Positions 10,640 to 20,549 of a stretch of DNA of 64,000 nucleotides are shown one piece after another. Origin of the DNA: an uncultured Bacilli bacterium. Lineage in GTDB: Bacteria > Bacillota_I > Bacilli_A > RF39 > UBA660. Position 1 is the first letter of the stretch. Every line of letters begins with the position of its first letter. Position numbers and translations under genes: made by a program. The notes below the pieces were generated by a model that saw only the letters and a list, made by a program, of their open reading frames with translations, was not told where the DNA came from and did no database searches. The stretch covers positions 4,255 through 68,254 of the forward strand of contig CAKPPI010000001.1 of NCBI GenBank assembly GCA_934177545.1. Reading direction: 5' to 3'.

Positions 10640-10831
10640 GGGGATATGATAAAATATCAAACTTATTTAGAGACTTCGTGGCTGGTGAAAACGAAGAAGA
10701 AGTATTTTATTACTACCTTTGTGAGTAGAATTATGAAAAGTAATTCCGGGTGACCGTTATTCTAAATAAAGTAAAACAGTGGATGGTACCGTGTTTATAC
10801 ACTCCTATGATTAATCATAGGAGTTTTTTGC
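10640..10831 (+). promoter_or_regulatory. T-box riboswitch leader (candidate Thr specifier) upstream of rnr-thrS
   Basis: Stem-I distal motif GGCUGGUGAAAACGAAG. T-box sequence AGUGGAUGGUACCGUG (about 10779-10793). Terminator hairpin ctcctatga/tcataggag plus T6 (10801-10831). A candidate specifier ACU-A sits in the Stem I 3' strand. Confidence 0.55.
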
Positions 10832-10849
10832 TTTGTGAGGTATATAATT

Positions 10850-13150
10850 ATGATAAAAGAAAGACTTAAAACATATTTTAAAAAGAATAAACAATCTGTT
10901 GGAATCAATGAGTTGGCTAAAATATTAAAACTAACTAAAGAAGAGAAATCTGTTCTTTCTAAAAATTTGTATGAACTTGAAAAAGAAGGAACATTAATAC
11001 TTACCGAAGACAATAAATATTTGCCAGTAGCAGATGAGTTTTATTTAAAATGCGGAGTAGTAAAACAGTCTAATAAGGGAAGACTTTATGTTGATTTGAA
11101 AAACGGTATACGTATACATCTTTCTGACAAATTTATGGATAAGGTAAAAGTAGGAGATACCGTATATGTAGAGGAGAAAGAGAAGGAAAATACTAAACAT
11201 AATAAATATCATGAAGGAAATATTGTAAGAATTGTAAAAGAAACAGAAGGAGAGAGTCCTTTATCTTTAATGAAAGGAGTGCTTGAAAGAGATTATGATA
11301 GTAATAGATTGTTTTTAAAAAAAGATAATCATAAATACTTTGTTACAACTGGAAAAACAGCTAGTGCATATCCTCTTGATGTTGTTACTATCTTAGTAAA
11401 CAATGTTACCAAAGAAGTTGAAGTTAAAGACATAATTGAAAGGAAACATAGCAAACATGTTTTTGAATGTATAGAAAATAACGGAGTTAAAAAATGGGCA
11501 CCAGTTGGTACTGAGTATTTTGAAATAGAAAAAAAACCAAGAGAAGATGATCAAGTTGGCAAAAGAGTTTTTGCAAGTTTAATAGAAATTGATGATAAAT
11601 ATACAATAAGTATAGAAAAAGAAATAAGTGCTAAGACTAAGATGGAAAAAGTAATATTTTCTTCATTGTTAGAACATGGATTTGCTACTTCTTTTTCCAA
11701 TAAAGCTATTTTAGAAGCCGAAAGAGTATCAAATAAGAAAGATGATTTTAAGAGGAGAGATTTATGTGACTTAGAGACTTTTACTATAGATTCGATTTAT
11801 GCAAAAGATTTGGATGATGCTATTTCTTTAGTGCGAGAGGAAGATAATTTTGTATTATATGTATCTATTGCTGATGTATCGTTTTATGTTAGACCAGAAA
11901 TGAGAGTGTTTGATGAGGCACTTGATAGGGCTACATCGGTTTATCCTGCTGATACAGTGTCTCCAATGATACCAACTATTTTGTCAAATAATAGTTGTTC
12001 ACTAAATCCTAATGAAGATAAATATGCACTAACTTTAAAAATAGTTTTGGACAAAATGGGAAATACTAAGGATTTTGAAATATTTCCAAGTATTATTAAA
12101 AGTGATTTGAAGATGAGTTATGAAAAGGTAGATAATTTGTTATTAGGAAAGGATAAACCATTAGAATATTTATCTCATTATAGAACATTAATAAACATGT
12201 ATCATTTAGCTAATCTTTTGTTAAATAAGAGATTAGAAAAAGGAATGCTAGGATTAGAAGGGATAGATATAAATTTTGATATAGATGATCTTGGTAATCC
12301 ATTATCTATCAATGAACGGACTAAAGGGCCAGCTGGAATGATTATTGAAAATTTTATGTTGTTAGCTAACCAAACAGTAGCAGACTATGCCTATTATTTA
12401 GGTATACCGTTTGTTTATAGAAATCATGAGGGACCAGATTTTTCTAAGAAAAAAAGCTTAGAACGAGATCTTAATAGAGTAGATAAGAGAATAAAACATA
12501 TACCTAATATAGATGATCCTGTTAAGATGCAACAATTTTTCCTGACGGTTACTAAAGGAAAAAACGAAGAAGAAGTCAAAATGCTTTCAGAAATATTTAT
12601 TAAAAATTTTCAAAGAGCATATTATAGTGATCAAAATATTGGGCACTACGGATTAGTTATACCAAGATATGCCACATTTACATCGCCGATTAGAAGAGGT
12701 AGTGATTTATTAAATCATCTTTTCTTGAATGAAGTTTTAAGATATAATGGTAATGATCAAAGTTTAACTGAGATTAAAAGTAGTTTATCAGCAATAACAG
12801 AACACTTATCAACTATGCAGGAAGAAGCAGAACAAGTTGAAAATGAGGTTAATTTCTATTTGTTAAAGAAATATAGTAAAGAATTTAGTGGAGTAGTACT
12901 TCCTGCTAGTTTAAACTTCCTGCGAGAAGATATGGCTTATTTAAAAACAGATAACTTAATACCAGGTATTATTAATAGGAGTAGTAGATATCAGATTAAT
13001 ACAATAAATGGAACACTATATGATAAGAAGATAGATAAGCTTTATCATCTCGGGGATAAGGTAGCAGTAGAAATTAAAGATAAAAAAGCAGTAAGAAATC
13101 AAATAACATTTGATTTAGTAGAAAAAGAAAAAATATTGATTAAAAGATAG
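10850..13150 (+). CDS. rnr: ribonuclease R
   Basis: N-terminal HTH/cold-shock domains, an RNB catalytic domain and a C-terminal S1 domain. Start ATG at 10850 with GTGAGG RBS. Confidence 0.9.
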   Translation: MIKERLKTYFKKNKQSVGINELAKILKLTKEEKSVLSKNLYELEKEGTLILTEDNKYLPVADEFYLKCGVVKQSNKGRLYVDLKNGIRIHLSDKFMDKVKVGDTVYVEEKEKENTKHNKYHEGNIVRIVKETEGESPLSLMKGVLERDYDSNRLFLKKDNHKYFVTTGKTASAYPLDVVTILVNNVTKEVEVKDIIERKHSKHVFECIENNGVKKWAPVGTEYFEIEKKPREDDQVGKRVFASLIEIDDKYTISIEKEISAKTKMEKVIFSSLLEHGFATSFSNKAILEAERVSNKKDDFKRRDLCDLETFTIDSIYAKDLDDAISLVREEDNFVLYVSIADVSFYVRPEMRVFDEALDRATSVYPADTVSPMIPTILSNNSCSLNPNEDKYALTLKIVLDKMGNTKDFEIFPSIIKSDLKMSYEKVDNLLLGKDKPLEYLSHYRTLINMYHLANLLLNKRLEKGMLGLEGIDINFDIDDLGNPLSINERTKGPAGMIIENFMLLANQTVADYAYYLGIPFVYRNHEGPDFSKKKSLERDLNRVDKRIKHIPNIDDPVKMQQFFLTVTKGKNEEEVKMLSEIFIKNFQRAYYSDQNIGHYGLVIPRYATFTSPIRRGSDLLNHLFLNEVLRYNGNDQSLTEIKSSLSAITEHLSTMQEEAEQVENEVNFYLLKKYSKEFSGVVLPASLNFLREDMAYLKTDNLIPGIINRSSRYQINTINGTLYDKKIDKLYHLGDKVAVEIKDKKAVRNQITFDLVEKEKILIKR

Positions 13151-13162
13151 GAGAGATAAAAA

Positions 13163-14920
13163 ATGAAAAATATAAAAGAAGATAAAATATTAATGCCGCT
13201 TAATCATAGTTGTGCACACTTATTAGCAGAAGCAGTAAAAAGTTTATATCCAAAGGCTAAGTTTTGGGTAGGACCAGTTATTGAAGAAGGATTTTATTAT
13301 GATATAGATTTAGGAGATAAGACTCTAACTGATGAAGATCTACCTAGAATAGAAAAAGAAATGAAAAAGATTGCTAAAGGTAATAAAAGAATAGTACGTC
13401 ATGAACTATCTAAAGAGGAAGCTTTAGAAATGTTTAAAGATGATCCTTATAAGATAGACCTTATTAATGAGTTTCCTGCTGATGAAGTTATTACTTGTTA
13501 TACCCAAGGGGAGTTTACTGATCTTTGTCGTGGACCACATGTTGAATCTACTAAAGAATTAAGACATTTTAAATTATTAAAGTGTAGTGGAGCCTACTAT
13601 AAGGGTGATTCTAAAAATAAAATGTTACAAAGAATCTATGGCGTATGTTACCAAAATGAAGAAGATTTAGAATCTCACTTAAAGGAACTAGAAGAAGCTA
13701 AAGAGCGAGATCATAGAAAACTAGGTAAAGACTTAGGAATATTTATGTTATCAGACTTAGTAGGTAGAGGACTACCTCTATGGTTACCTAATGGTTATAC
13801 TTTATGGAGAACAATTCAAAACTATATAACTGAAAAAGAAGTAGAGCATGGTTATAAACATGTCCATACTCCAGACCTTGGTAGTATAGAGCTATATAAG
13901 ACATCTGGACACTGGGATCATTATAAAGATGATATGTTCCCACAAATGGAGTTAGATGAAGAAGCATACGTTCTTCGTCCAATGAACTGTCCTCATCATA
14001 TGGTTATCTATGGTAATAGACTTCATTCATATCGTGATTTACCAATAAGAATAGCAGAAATAGCTAATGACTTTAGATATGAAGCAGCAGGAGCAGTAAA
14101 AGGTATTGAAAGAGCAAGATCATTTACTCAAAATGATTCACATATATTCTGTACTCCAGAACAAATAGAAGAAGAGTTTAAAGGTGTATTAGATTTAATT
14201 ATTGAAGTATATAAAGATTTCAATATAGATATAACTAAACATAAGTTTAGATTATCTTTAAGAGATAAAAATGATAAAGAAAAATACTTTGATGATGATG
14301 AGATGTGGAATAGAGCAGAAGATGCTTTAAGAAAAGTATTAACAGATTTAAAAGTAGACTTTATAGAAGCAGAAGGAGAAGCAGCATTCTATGGACCAAA
14401 ACTTGATATTTTAATTAAACCAGCTGTTGGTAATGAAGTAGCTATTCCAACTATTCAGTTAGATTTCTTACTACCAAGAAGATTTAATTTAACTTATATA
14501 AATGAACAAGGAGAAAAAGTAACTCCAGTTGTTATCCATAGAGCTATATTAGGTTCTCTTGATAGATTTATAGCCTTCTTATTAGAGGAGACTAAAGGTA
14601 ATTTACCACTATGGTTAGCACCAGTTGGGGTAGAAGTTATTCCAGTATCTAGTGAACATCATTTAGAATATGCTAAGAATGTTTATCAAGAACTTCTTAA
14701 GAATGGTATAAGAGTAGAATTAGATGACCGTAATGAAAAATTAGGATATCGCCTAAGAGAAGCTCAAACTAGAAAGATTAATTATACTTTAATATTAGGA
14801 GATAATGAAAAATTAGATAGAACAGTAAGTTATAGATTACATGGTGAAAAAGAAACTACTACTGTTAGTTTGGATGAGTTTATCAAACTATTAAATGATG
14901 AAATATCAAATAAAAGATAA
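13163..14920 (+). CDS. thrS: threonyl-tRNA synthetase (short form lacking the N-terminal TGS domain)
   Basis: The CAHLLAEA editing-domain motif, the HRDLPIR class II core and an anticodon-binding domain. 585 aa. Confidence 0.9.
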   Translation: MKNIKEDKILMPLNHSCAHLLAEAVKSLYPKAKFWVGPVIEEGFYYDIDLGDKTLTDEDLPRIEKEMKKIAKGNKRIVRHELSKEEALEMFKDDPYKIDLINEFPADEVITCYTQGEFTDLCRGPHVESTKELRHFKLLKCSGAYYKGDSKNKMLQRIYGVCYQNEEDLESHLKELEEAKERDHRKLGKDLGIFMLSDLVGRGLPLWLPNGYTLWRTIQNYITEKEVEHGYKHVHTPDLGSIELYKTSGHWDHYKDDMFPQMELDEEAYVLRPMNCPHHMVIYGNRLHSYRDLPIRIAEIANDFRYEAAGAVKGIERARSFTQNDSHIFCTPEQIEEEFKGVLDLIIEVYKDFNIDITKHKFRLSLRDKNDKEKYFDDDEMWNRAEDALRKVLTDLKVDFIEAEGEAAFYGPKLDILIKPAVGNEVAIPTIQLDFLLPRRFNLTYINEQGEKVTPVVIHRAILGSLDRFIAFLLEETKGNLPLWLAPVGVEVIPVSSEHHLEYAKNVYQELLKNGIRVELDDRNEKLGYRLREAQTRKINYTLILGDNEKLDRTVSYRLHGEKETTTVSLDEFIKLLNDEISNKR

Positions 14921-14925
14921 AAAGA

Positions 14926-14960
14926 AAACTACTAGGATTTGACTCTTAGTAGTTTTTTTC
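14926..14960. terminator. bidirectional rho-independent terminator between thrS (+) and the lipoprotein gene (-)
   Basis: Hairpin actacta...tagtagt with a T7 run on the plus strand. It lies between convergent genes. Confidence 0.55.
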
Positions 14961-15851
14961 TTAATCATTAGTACCGTGATATAACTCTTCTTTTAAAGTA
15001 TCCAAGTTTTGATTCATTAAAGTGACATAATCACTTTTATTTTTTCTTGCTTCCTCTGTTAATAAATTCATGTGTTTAAATGATGCAAAGGAAACAGTAT
15101 TAGGATATTTATTAATAATATTTTGCACATTAGCAGTTGTCTTATCTTCTTCATAGTTAAATATCTTAGTAATCTTACCTTGTTTGATTAAAGTATCAAT
15201 TTCACTTAAGTCCTTACTAGATGTATCATCATTTACTAAATATACTTTAACACCATATTTTTCTAGGAACTTATAAGCTGAATTAGAAGTAACAATTGTC
15301 TTATAAGGAGCATTTTCAACTGCTAGTCTAATGTTAGCATCTAACTCAGAAACTGTTATCTTTAATGTTTCGTAATTTTTATCAATTTCTTTTCTCAAAT
15401 AATTATTTTCTACATATTCTTTTAAACTAATTCTAACATTTTGACACATCATTAACATAAATGAGGGATCATTCCATAACTCTTCCGTATCATTATTATC
15501 TTCTAAAACATAAGAACTATCAATTATTTTTAAGTTACTATTATAATCAAGTAGTTTAACAGCTAAGTTTCTTTCTCTCTCAATTAGACCAGTATAGATA
15601 AGTAAATCTTGACTAGCTAAATCTTCTTTTCTTTTATTAGTTATTTTATAAGTTTTAGTATTAACTCCATCTGGATAGACCGATGAGATAGTAGCATGCT
15701 TTCCATATAAGCTTGATATTATATATTCATTAGGATAGTTTGTAGTGATAATCGATATATCTTCCATATTATCCCTTCTACATGCACAAGTGGTTAGGAC
15801 TAATCCTAAGCATATTATTATTTGTAAAAATAAACGTCTATTTTTTTTCAT
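14961..15851 (-). CDS. lipoprotein with a ZnuA/TroA-like (cluster 9) solute-binding fold that lacks the canonical metal-ligand histidines
   Basis: Lipobox [23 protein letters not shown] and ELWNDP resemble the ZnuA IVTSHDAFGYF and DPHxW motifs. No adjacent permease or ATPase. Confidence 0.45.
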   Translation of the reverse strand: MKKNRRLFLQIIICLGLVLTTCACRRDNMEDISIITTNYPNEYIISSLYGKHATISSVYPDGVNTKTYKITNKRKEDLASQDLLIYTGLIERERNLAVKLLDYNSNLKIIDSSYVLEDNNDTEELWNDPSFMLMMCQNVRISLKEYVENNYLRKEIDKNYETLKITVSELDANIRLAVENAPYKTIVTSNSAYKFLEKYGVKVYLVNDDTSSKDLSEIDTLIKQGKITKIFNYEEDKTTANVQNIINKYPNTVSFASFKHMNLLTEEARKNKSDYVTLMNQNLDTLKEELYHGTND

Positions 15852-16077
15852 TAATTACTCCTTCTTTCTTCTTTATTACTGGATCATATCCAAAGCTAGC
15901 TCCAGGGTGACATCTAAAGATTCTTTTTATTCCAAGATATAGTCCTTTAACTGTTCCATACTCATTAAGAGCATCTATCATATAATTAGAACAAGTTGGA
16001 TAAAAGTGGCAGCTAGCATGATAATATCCAGGTGTTTTTTGATATATTTTAATCAAAGCGATAATCATCCTCTTCAT
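15838..16077 (-). CDS. yidD: membrane protein insertion efficiency factor YidD
   Basis: 79 aa with the signature [21 protein letters not shown]. Confidence 0.85.
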   Translation of the reverse strand: MKRMIIALIKIYQKTPGYYHASCHFYPTCSNYMIDALNEYGTVKGLYLGIKRIFRCHPGASFGYDPVIKKKEGVINEKK

Positions 16078-16164
16078 AGAATCCTCACAATCTTATTGTA
16101 CTATAGATTTTTCTATTTTACAAACGAAAATGGTTGAATAACTAGCAAATATTTGTTATCATTT

Positions 16165-16960
16165 AATTAAAGATAAGGAAGAGGTGATTAACTGTGTATA
16201 TGTCAATCAATATGTCAAGTTTACAACTAGTTAACATGGGGGGGGGCAATTTAGACAGTAATAATACTCTTTTTTATCATGCATTAATAACAGGATAGGA
16301 TTGGCCTTATCTTGTTTTTTAGTGTAAATAAAATAGAAGGAGTGAAAGAAAAAATGAACAACAAAAAGCAATTAATTGTATCAATTGGACTAACCTTAGT
16401 ATTAGTTCTAATGATAGTAGGAATCAGTTATGCAGCTTTTAAGTTTGTAGGACTAGGTCAGAGGGAAAATACTATAACAACAGGAGCTATAACGATGGAG
16501 TATACTGAAAGTACTAATACTATCAGTATGACAGGAGCCTTACCAACAACTGATACAACAGGAAAGGTAAGATTAACTAAAGGAGAATACTTTGATTTTA
16601 CTATTAAAAGTAGTATTCAAGGAAATGCTAATATTAACTGGGAAATAGCAGCAGAAGATATAACACCATCATCAGCTAAAAAGATGGCTGGTAAAAATAT
16701 AAAACTTTATTTAACAAAATTAGATAGTACTGGAGCAGAAACACAGGTAATGGCACCAAAAGTATATAATGTTAGTACGTCAGCAAATACAAAGACAGGA
16801 AGACCATCAGGAGTAATGAGTCTAGCAACAGGAACAATGAGTACAAGTGAGACAACAAACTATCGTCTTAGAATGTATGTAGATGAAGACTATAATCCCC
16901 AAGGAGATGGAGGAGGTTTATCATTTAGTGTTAAGATAAATGCTTATGGAAAAGTAAAAG
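16165..16960 (+). repeat. copy 1 of a ~0.8 kb duplicated segment (promoter region plus 5' CDS) shared with 60271..61060
   Basis: Near-identical sequence from aattaaagataaggaagaggtgatta through the first ~200 codons. It carries a G9 homopolymer at 16238-16246. Confidence 0.85.
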
Positions 16961-18099
16961 AAGCCCCAACAGGTAGTAAGATAAAAGCTTATATGACACA
17001 AGCTGATTATGATAATGATAACTATCCAGAAACAGACTTTCATACTGATGCTTATAGGTCAAAAATAACTAGTATTATCACAAAAAAAGATAATATAGTA
17101 CCAGCAACAGCAGTTGAAAGTTGGGATATCTCAGAAGCAGGTGATGGTTCAGTAATGGCTTATGTAGAGAAAACTGATGAGGTATTGAAACCAGAACCAG
17201 CTAATGCAGAGATATATTCTAATAAAGGAGAAACAAAAGACATGTTAGAAACAATATACGCTACACCTCTTGAGGGAACCAATACTAATTATGCTTATAA
17301 GTTAACAATAGGTGGAAAGGGTGGAATTATTGCAAATGAAAATATGGTAGGTTATTTTTATAAGTTTAAAAGAGTAACATCAATAGATTTGTCATCCTTA
17401 GATACATCGGAAGTAACAAATATGGTTGGAATGTTTAGACACTGTATCAGTTTAACAAGTTTAGATGTAAGTAAGTTTGATACATCGCAAGTAACAGATA
17501 TGAGTAATATGTTTATTGGTTGTGAAAGTTTAACAAATCTAGATGTAAGTAGTTTTGCTACATTAGAAGTAACAGATATGAGTAATATGTTTTATGAGTG
17601 TAGCAGTTTAACAAGTTTAGATTTAAGAAACTTTGATACCTCAAAAGTGACAAATATGAGTTATATGTTTGATTACTGTATCAGTTTAACAAGTTTAGAT
17701 GTAAGTAAGTTTGATACATCTAACGTAACAGATATGAGTTGGATGTTTCGTAATTGTAGCAGTTTAACAAGTTTAGATTTAAGAAACTTTGATACCTCAA
17801 AAGTGACAAATATGAGTGAGATGTTTGGTTATTGTGAAAGTTTAACAAATCTAGATGTAAGTAGTTTTGTTACATTAGAAGTAACAGATATGAGAGGTAT
17901 GTTTAATAATTGTTGCAGTTTAACAAGTTTAGATTTAAGAAGCCTTGATACATCACAAGTAACAGATATGAGTGGTATGTTTGATATATGTAGTAACTTA
18001 ACCCAAATAACTGTTTCTAATAAATGGGTAGTAGGATCAAGTACCTTAACTGATAGAATGTTTTTTAACTGTGGAACTGATCATGTAACTACTATCTAG
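16354..18099 (+). CDS. secreted or surface protein with a conserved N-terminal domain and C-terminal DUF285-type leucine-rich repeats (Mycoplasma/BspA-like)
   Basis: Signal-anchor MNNKKQLIVSIGLTLVLVLMIVGISYAAF. Eight tandem 26-aa repeats fitting C-SLTSLD-S-FDTS-VT-MS-MF. The real start is ATG at 16354; the track ORF starts further upstream. Confidence 0.75.
   Translation: MNNKKQLIVSIGLTLVLVLMIVGISYAAFKFVGLGQRENTITTGAITMEYTESTNTISMTGALPTTDTTGKVRLTKGEYFDFTIKSSIQGNANINWEIAAEDITPSSAKKMAGKNIKLYLTKLDSTGAETQVMAPKVYNVSTSANTKTGRPSGVMSLATGTMSTSETTNYRLRMYVDEDYNPQGDGGGLSFSVKINAYGKVKEAPTGSKIKAYMTQADYDNDNYPETDFHTDAYRSKITSIITKKDNIVPATAVESWDISEAGDGSVMAYVEKTDEVLKPEPANAEIYSNKGETKDMLETIYATPLEGTNTNYAYKLTIGGKGGIIANENMVGYFYKFKRVTSIDLSSLDTSEVTNMVGMFRHCISLTSLDVSKFDTSQVTDMSNMFIGCESLTNLDVSSFATLEVTDMSNMFYECSSLTSLDLRNFDTSKVTNMSYMFDYCISLTSLDVSKFDTSNVTDMSWMFRNCSSLTSLDLRNFDTSKVTNMSEMFGYCESLTNLDVSSFVTLEVTDMRGMFNNCCSLTSLDLRSLDTSQVTDMSGMFDICSNLTQITVSNKWVVGSSTLTDRMFFNCGTDHVTTI
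17380..18010 (+). repeat. tandem array of about eight 78-bp (26-codon) DUF285-type repeats
   Basis: Long exact DNA matches between units, for example agtttaacaagtttagatttaagaaactttgatacctcaaaagtgacaaatatgagt appears twice. Confidence 0.8.
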
Positions 18100-18871
18100 T
18101 TAAAATAATAGATATTAACATAAAGAGGGCACCTATAAAGAAGAATAGACATGTCTTCTTTTTCTTTTGGTAAGAGATAGATTCTTTTAATAATTCAAAT
18201 AGGGCTATATGAATCATTAGACCAGCTATAAAAGACAGTAAGATACTCATTAGAAAATTATTCATATATTTAGCTAGAAATAAATAAGCGATTAATGATC
18301 CGATTGGTTCTGAAAAACCTGATATAAAAGTATATAGAAAAGCTTTTTTCTTGTTCTTAGTACTAAAATAAATAGGTATGGCAATACTAATTCCTTCGGG
18401 AATATTATGAAAACTAATGGCAAGAGCAAGAGAAAGACCTAACTTTTGATTAGTAGATGCTGATAGGAAAGTAGCAATACCTTCAGGAATATTATGAAGA
18501 ATAATAGCAAGCATAGATACTATTCCTAGATGAAATAGCTTGTTGTTATTATTTGGTAAGAATTTATCTATTAAGATAGAAAATATTATTCCAATAACTA
18601 AAAAAATTAATAATAATAAAAGAGCAGGAAAACCTTTAAAAATAGTGACTAGTAAATTATAACTTTCTGGTATTAAATCAATAATAGATACGGTTAACAT
18701 AACTCCACTAGCAAAGGCTAAAGACTTAAGAATTATACTACTTTCATCTTTTAAATTAAAAAGAAGGGGTAAAAAACCTAGAAGAGTAGAAAGACCTGCT
18801 AGAGTTGATAAAGTAAAAGCAAAGACTATATTAGACATGTAATCACCACTATTTTTTATGCTTAAAGACAA
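18092..18871 (-). CDS. zupT: ZIP family metal (zinc) transporter
   Basis: Eight TM segments with HNIPEGIA and HNIPEGIS motifs. Confidence 0.8.
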   Translation of the reverse strand: MSLSIKNSGDYMSNIVFAFTLSTLAGLSTLLGFLPLLFNLKDESSIILKSLAFASGVMLTVSIIDLIPESYNLLVTIFKGFPALLLLLIFLVIGIIFSILIDKFLPNNNNKLFHLGIVSMLAIILHNIPEGIATFLSASTNQKLGLSLALAISFHNIPEGISIAIPIYFSTKNKKKAFLYTFISGFSEPIGSLIAYLFLAKYMNNFLMSILLSFIAGLMIHIALFELLKESISYQKKKKTCLFFFIGALFMLISIILTR

Positions 18872-18936
18872 TTATTTATTCCTTGCTAAATATTAGAAAA
18901 AGTTGTAAAATAATACTGTTTTTTGGGGGTGTAACG

Positions 18937-19692
18937 ATGGAATATAAAAATATGAAAAAAAACTTAGATATTATCTTAGATAATATAGTGTTATTAGCAG
19001 AACAATTTGGCTTTAAGGAAGAAATAGATAAGTTTACTTTAATGGAACTTCTTATTAGTGATGGCTATTTGACAAAAGATAGGAAATTTGTAGTTAATGA
19101 AGATATACTATATAGAGATTTGTATGATGATATTATATTTGAACTTGGAGTAGTTCCTTTTACTGGTGAAGGTTGCTGTAGACATACTACTTCACTTGCT
19201 AAACTAATACTTGATAGATTTAATATAGAAAATGAAGTGTCTACTGCTCTTATTACTGATAAAGAAATAAATTCTAAAGAACTAATTGCAGTAAGTGATA
19301 TGGTCTTACAACCTTTAGACTGCAACCATGCTGTTAATATAGTAAAGATTGATGATAGATATATGGCTTTTGATGTAGACGTTAATAAACCAATATATTT
19401 ATATAGTATTAAGGAAAACAAATTGACTGGTTTTTTTCAAAAGGAAAGTTTAAACAGTAGCTATCTTATATATAATTATTCACCTTTCTTTGAAGGTAAA
19501 AGAAATTTTAATAGTATTACGCCACTTAGTATTTTAGAACAAGAAGATATTATAAGGAATCATAACAATACATTACTAGTGGCTAGAGCTAATATAGATT
19601 TGTTAGAAGAATTTTATACTAATAATAGACCATATATGGAAGAGATAGATAATAGTTATAAAAAAATACTAGTTAAAGAGAAGAGGCTATAA
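18937..19692 (+). CDS. transglutaminase-like (papain-fold Cys-His-Asp) domain protein, paralog 1
   Basis: GEGCCRHTTSLAKLILDRFNI fits the TGase core G-x-C-x-x-x-A...R. Downstream NHAVNIV...FDVDV supplies the His and Asp. No signal peptide. Start taken at MEYKNMKK with a GGGGGTG RBS. Confidence 0.5.
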   Translation: MEYKNMKKNLDIILDNIVLLAEQFGFKEEIDKFTLMELLISDGYLTKDRKFVVNEDILYRDLYDDIIFELGVVPFTGEGCCRHTTSLAKLILDRFNIENEVSTALITDKEINSKELIAVSDMVLQPLDCNHAVNIVKIDDRYMAFDVDVNKPIYLYSIKENKLTGFFQKESLNSSYLIYNYSPFFEGKRNFNSITPLSILEQEDIIRNHNNTLLVARANIDLLEEFYTNNRPYMEEIDNSYKKILVKEKRL

Positions 19693-19694
19693 TT

Positions 19695-20549
19695 ATGTCT
19701 ATAATGGAAATTATCAGATTTAAACAATATAAAAAGTATGTTGACAGTTACTTAGAACAAACCGAATATAAAAATATGGTAAAAGACTTAAATTGTATCT
19801 TTGATAGTATGATTAATTTATCTGATATATTTAATTTTACTAAAGATATTGAAAAGTTGTCTCTTGCTTATTTTCTTGTTGATGTCGGATATTTCTCATC
19901 TAGTGGTAGATACCATTATAATAATAATATAGAAGAAATAGGAATGGGTAGTAATCATGATAGAATTATCTCTCTTTCTTTAGTACCTATTATGGGAAAT
20001 GGTGGTTGTTGTAGACATACGGCTGCTTTATTAAGTCAAGCTTTGCACCACTTAGATATTAAAAATGACATTGCTATAGTTGATACTAGAAAAAGGGAAG
20101 TAGAGCTTTCTAGAATAAGACATTTTCTTAGTGAATTTCATCAAAAAATGTTATATAGCAGTCATGTTATTAATTATGTCTCTATTGATAATGATGAATT
20201 CTTTGTTGAAGGAGACTATGGTGGTTTTCCTCTTGATTTCTATTATGGAGATAATGGACTAGCTTTTCACTTTTTACAAGATAATTCAGTTATTAATCAT
20301 TACTTACTTTATAATTTTTCTATGTTATATGAAGAAAAAAAGAATTATGATAAAATTAATAAGATTCCAGTTGATAGACAATTAGAAATATTAGCTAATT
20401 ATAAAAAAACAATTAAACTTATTGATGATAATATTGATATAGTTATAGAGTCATATGAGGAAAATATGCCATATATGGTTGATATCAAAGATAATTATCA
20501 AAAAGTTTATACTAAAGAAGGGAAATTTAGAGAATGGTTGGAGAAATAA
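19695..20549 (+). CDS. transglutaminase-like (papain-fold Cys-His-Asp) domain protein, paralog 2
   Basis: GNGGCCRHTAALLSQALHHLDI, then SHVINYVSIDNDEF. Its overall architecture parallels the upstream paralog. Confidence 0.5.
   Translation: MSIMEIIRFKQYKKYVDSYLEQTEYKNMVKDLNCIFDSMINLSDIFNFTKDIEKLSLAYFLVDVGYFSSSGRYHYNNNIEEIGMGSNHDRIISLSLVPIMGNGGCCRHTAALLSQALHHLDIKNDIAIVDTRKREVELSRIRHFLSEFHQKMLYSSHVINYVSIDNDEFFVEGDYGGFPLDFYYGDNGLAFHFLQDNSVINHYLLYNFSMLYEEKKNYDKINKIPVDRQLEILANYKKTIKLIDDNIDIVIESYEENMPYMVDIKDNYQKVYTKEGKFREWLEK

Noticed and set aside
10795-11013. 72-aa minus-strand ORF overlapping the rnr start and the T-box terminator.
   Set aside because: It is antisense to the rnr 5' end and the leader, with no RBS. 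It is spurious.
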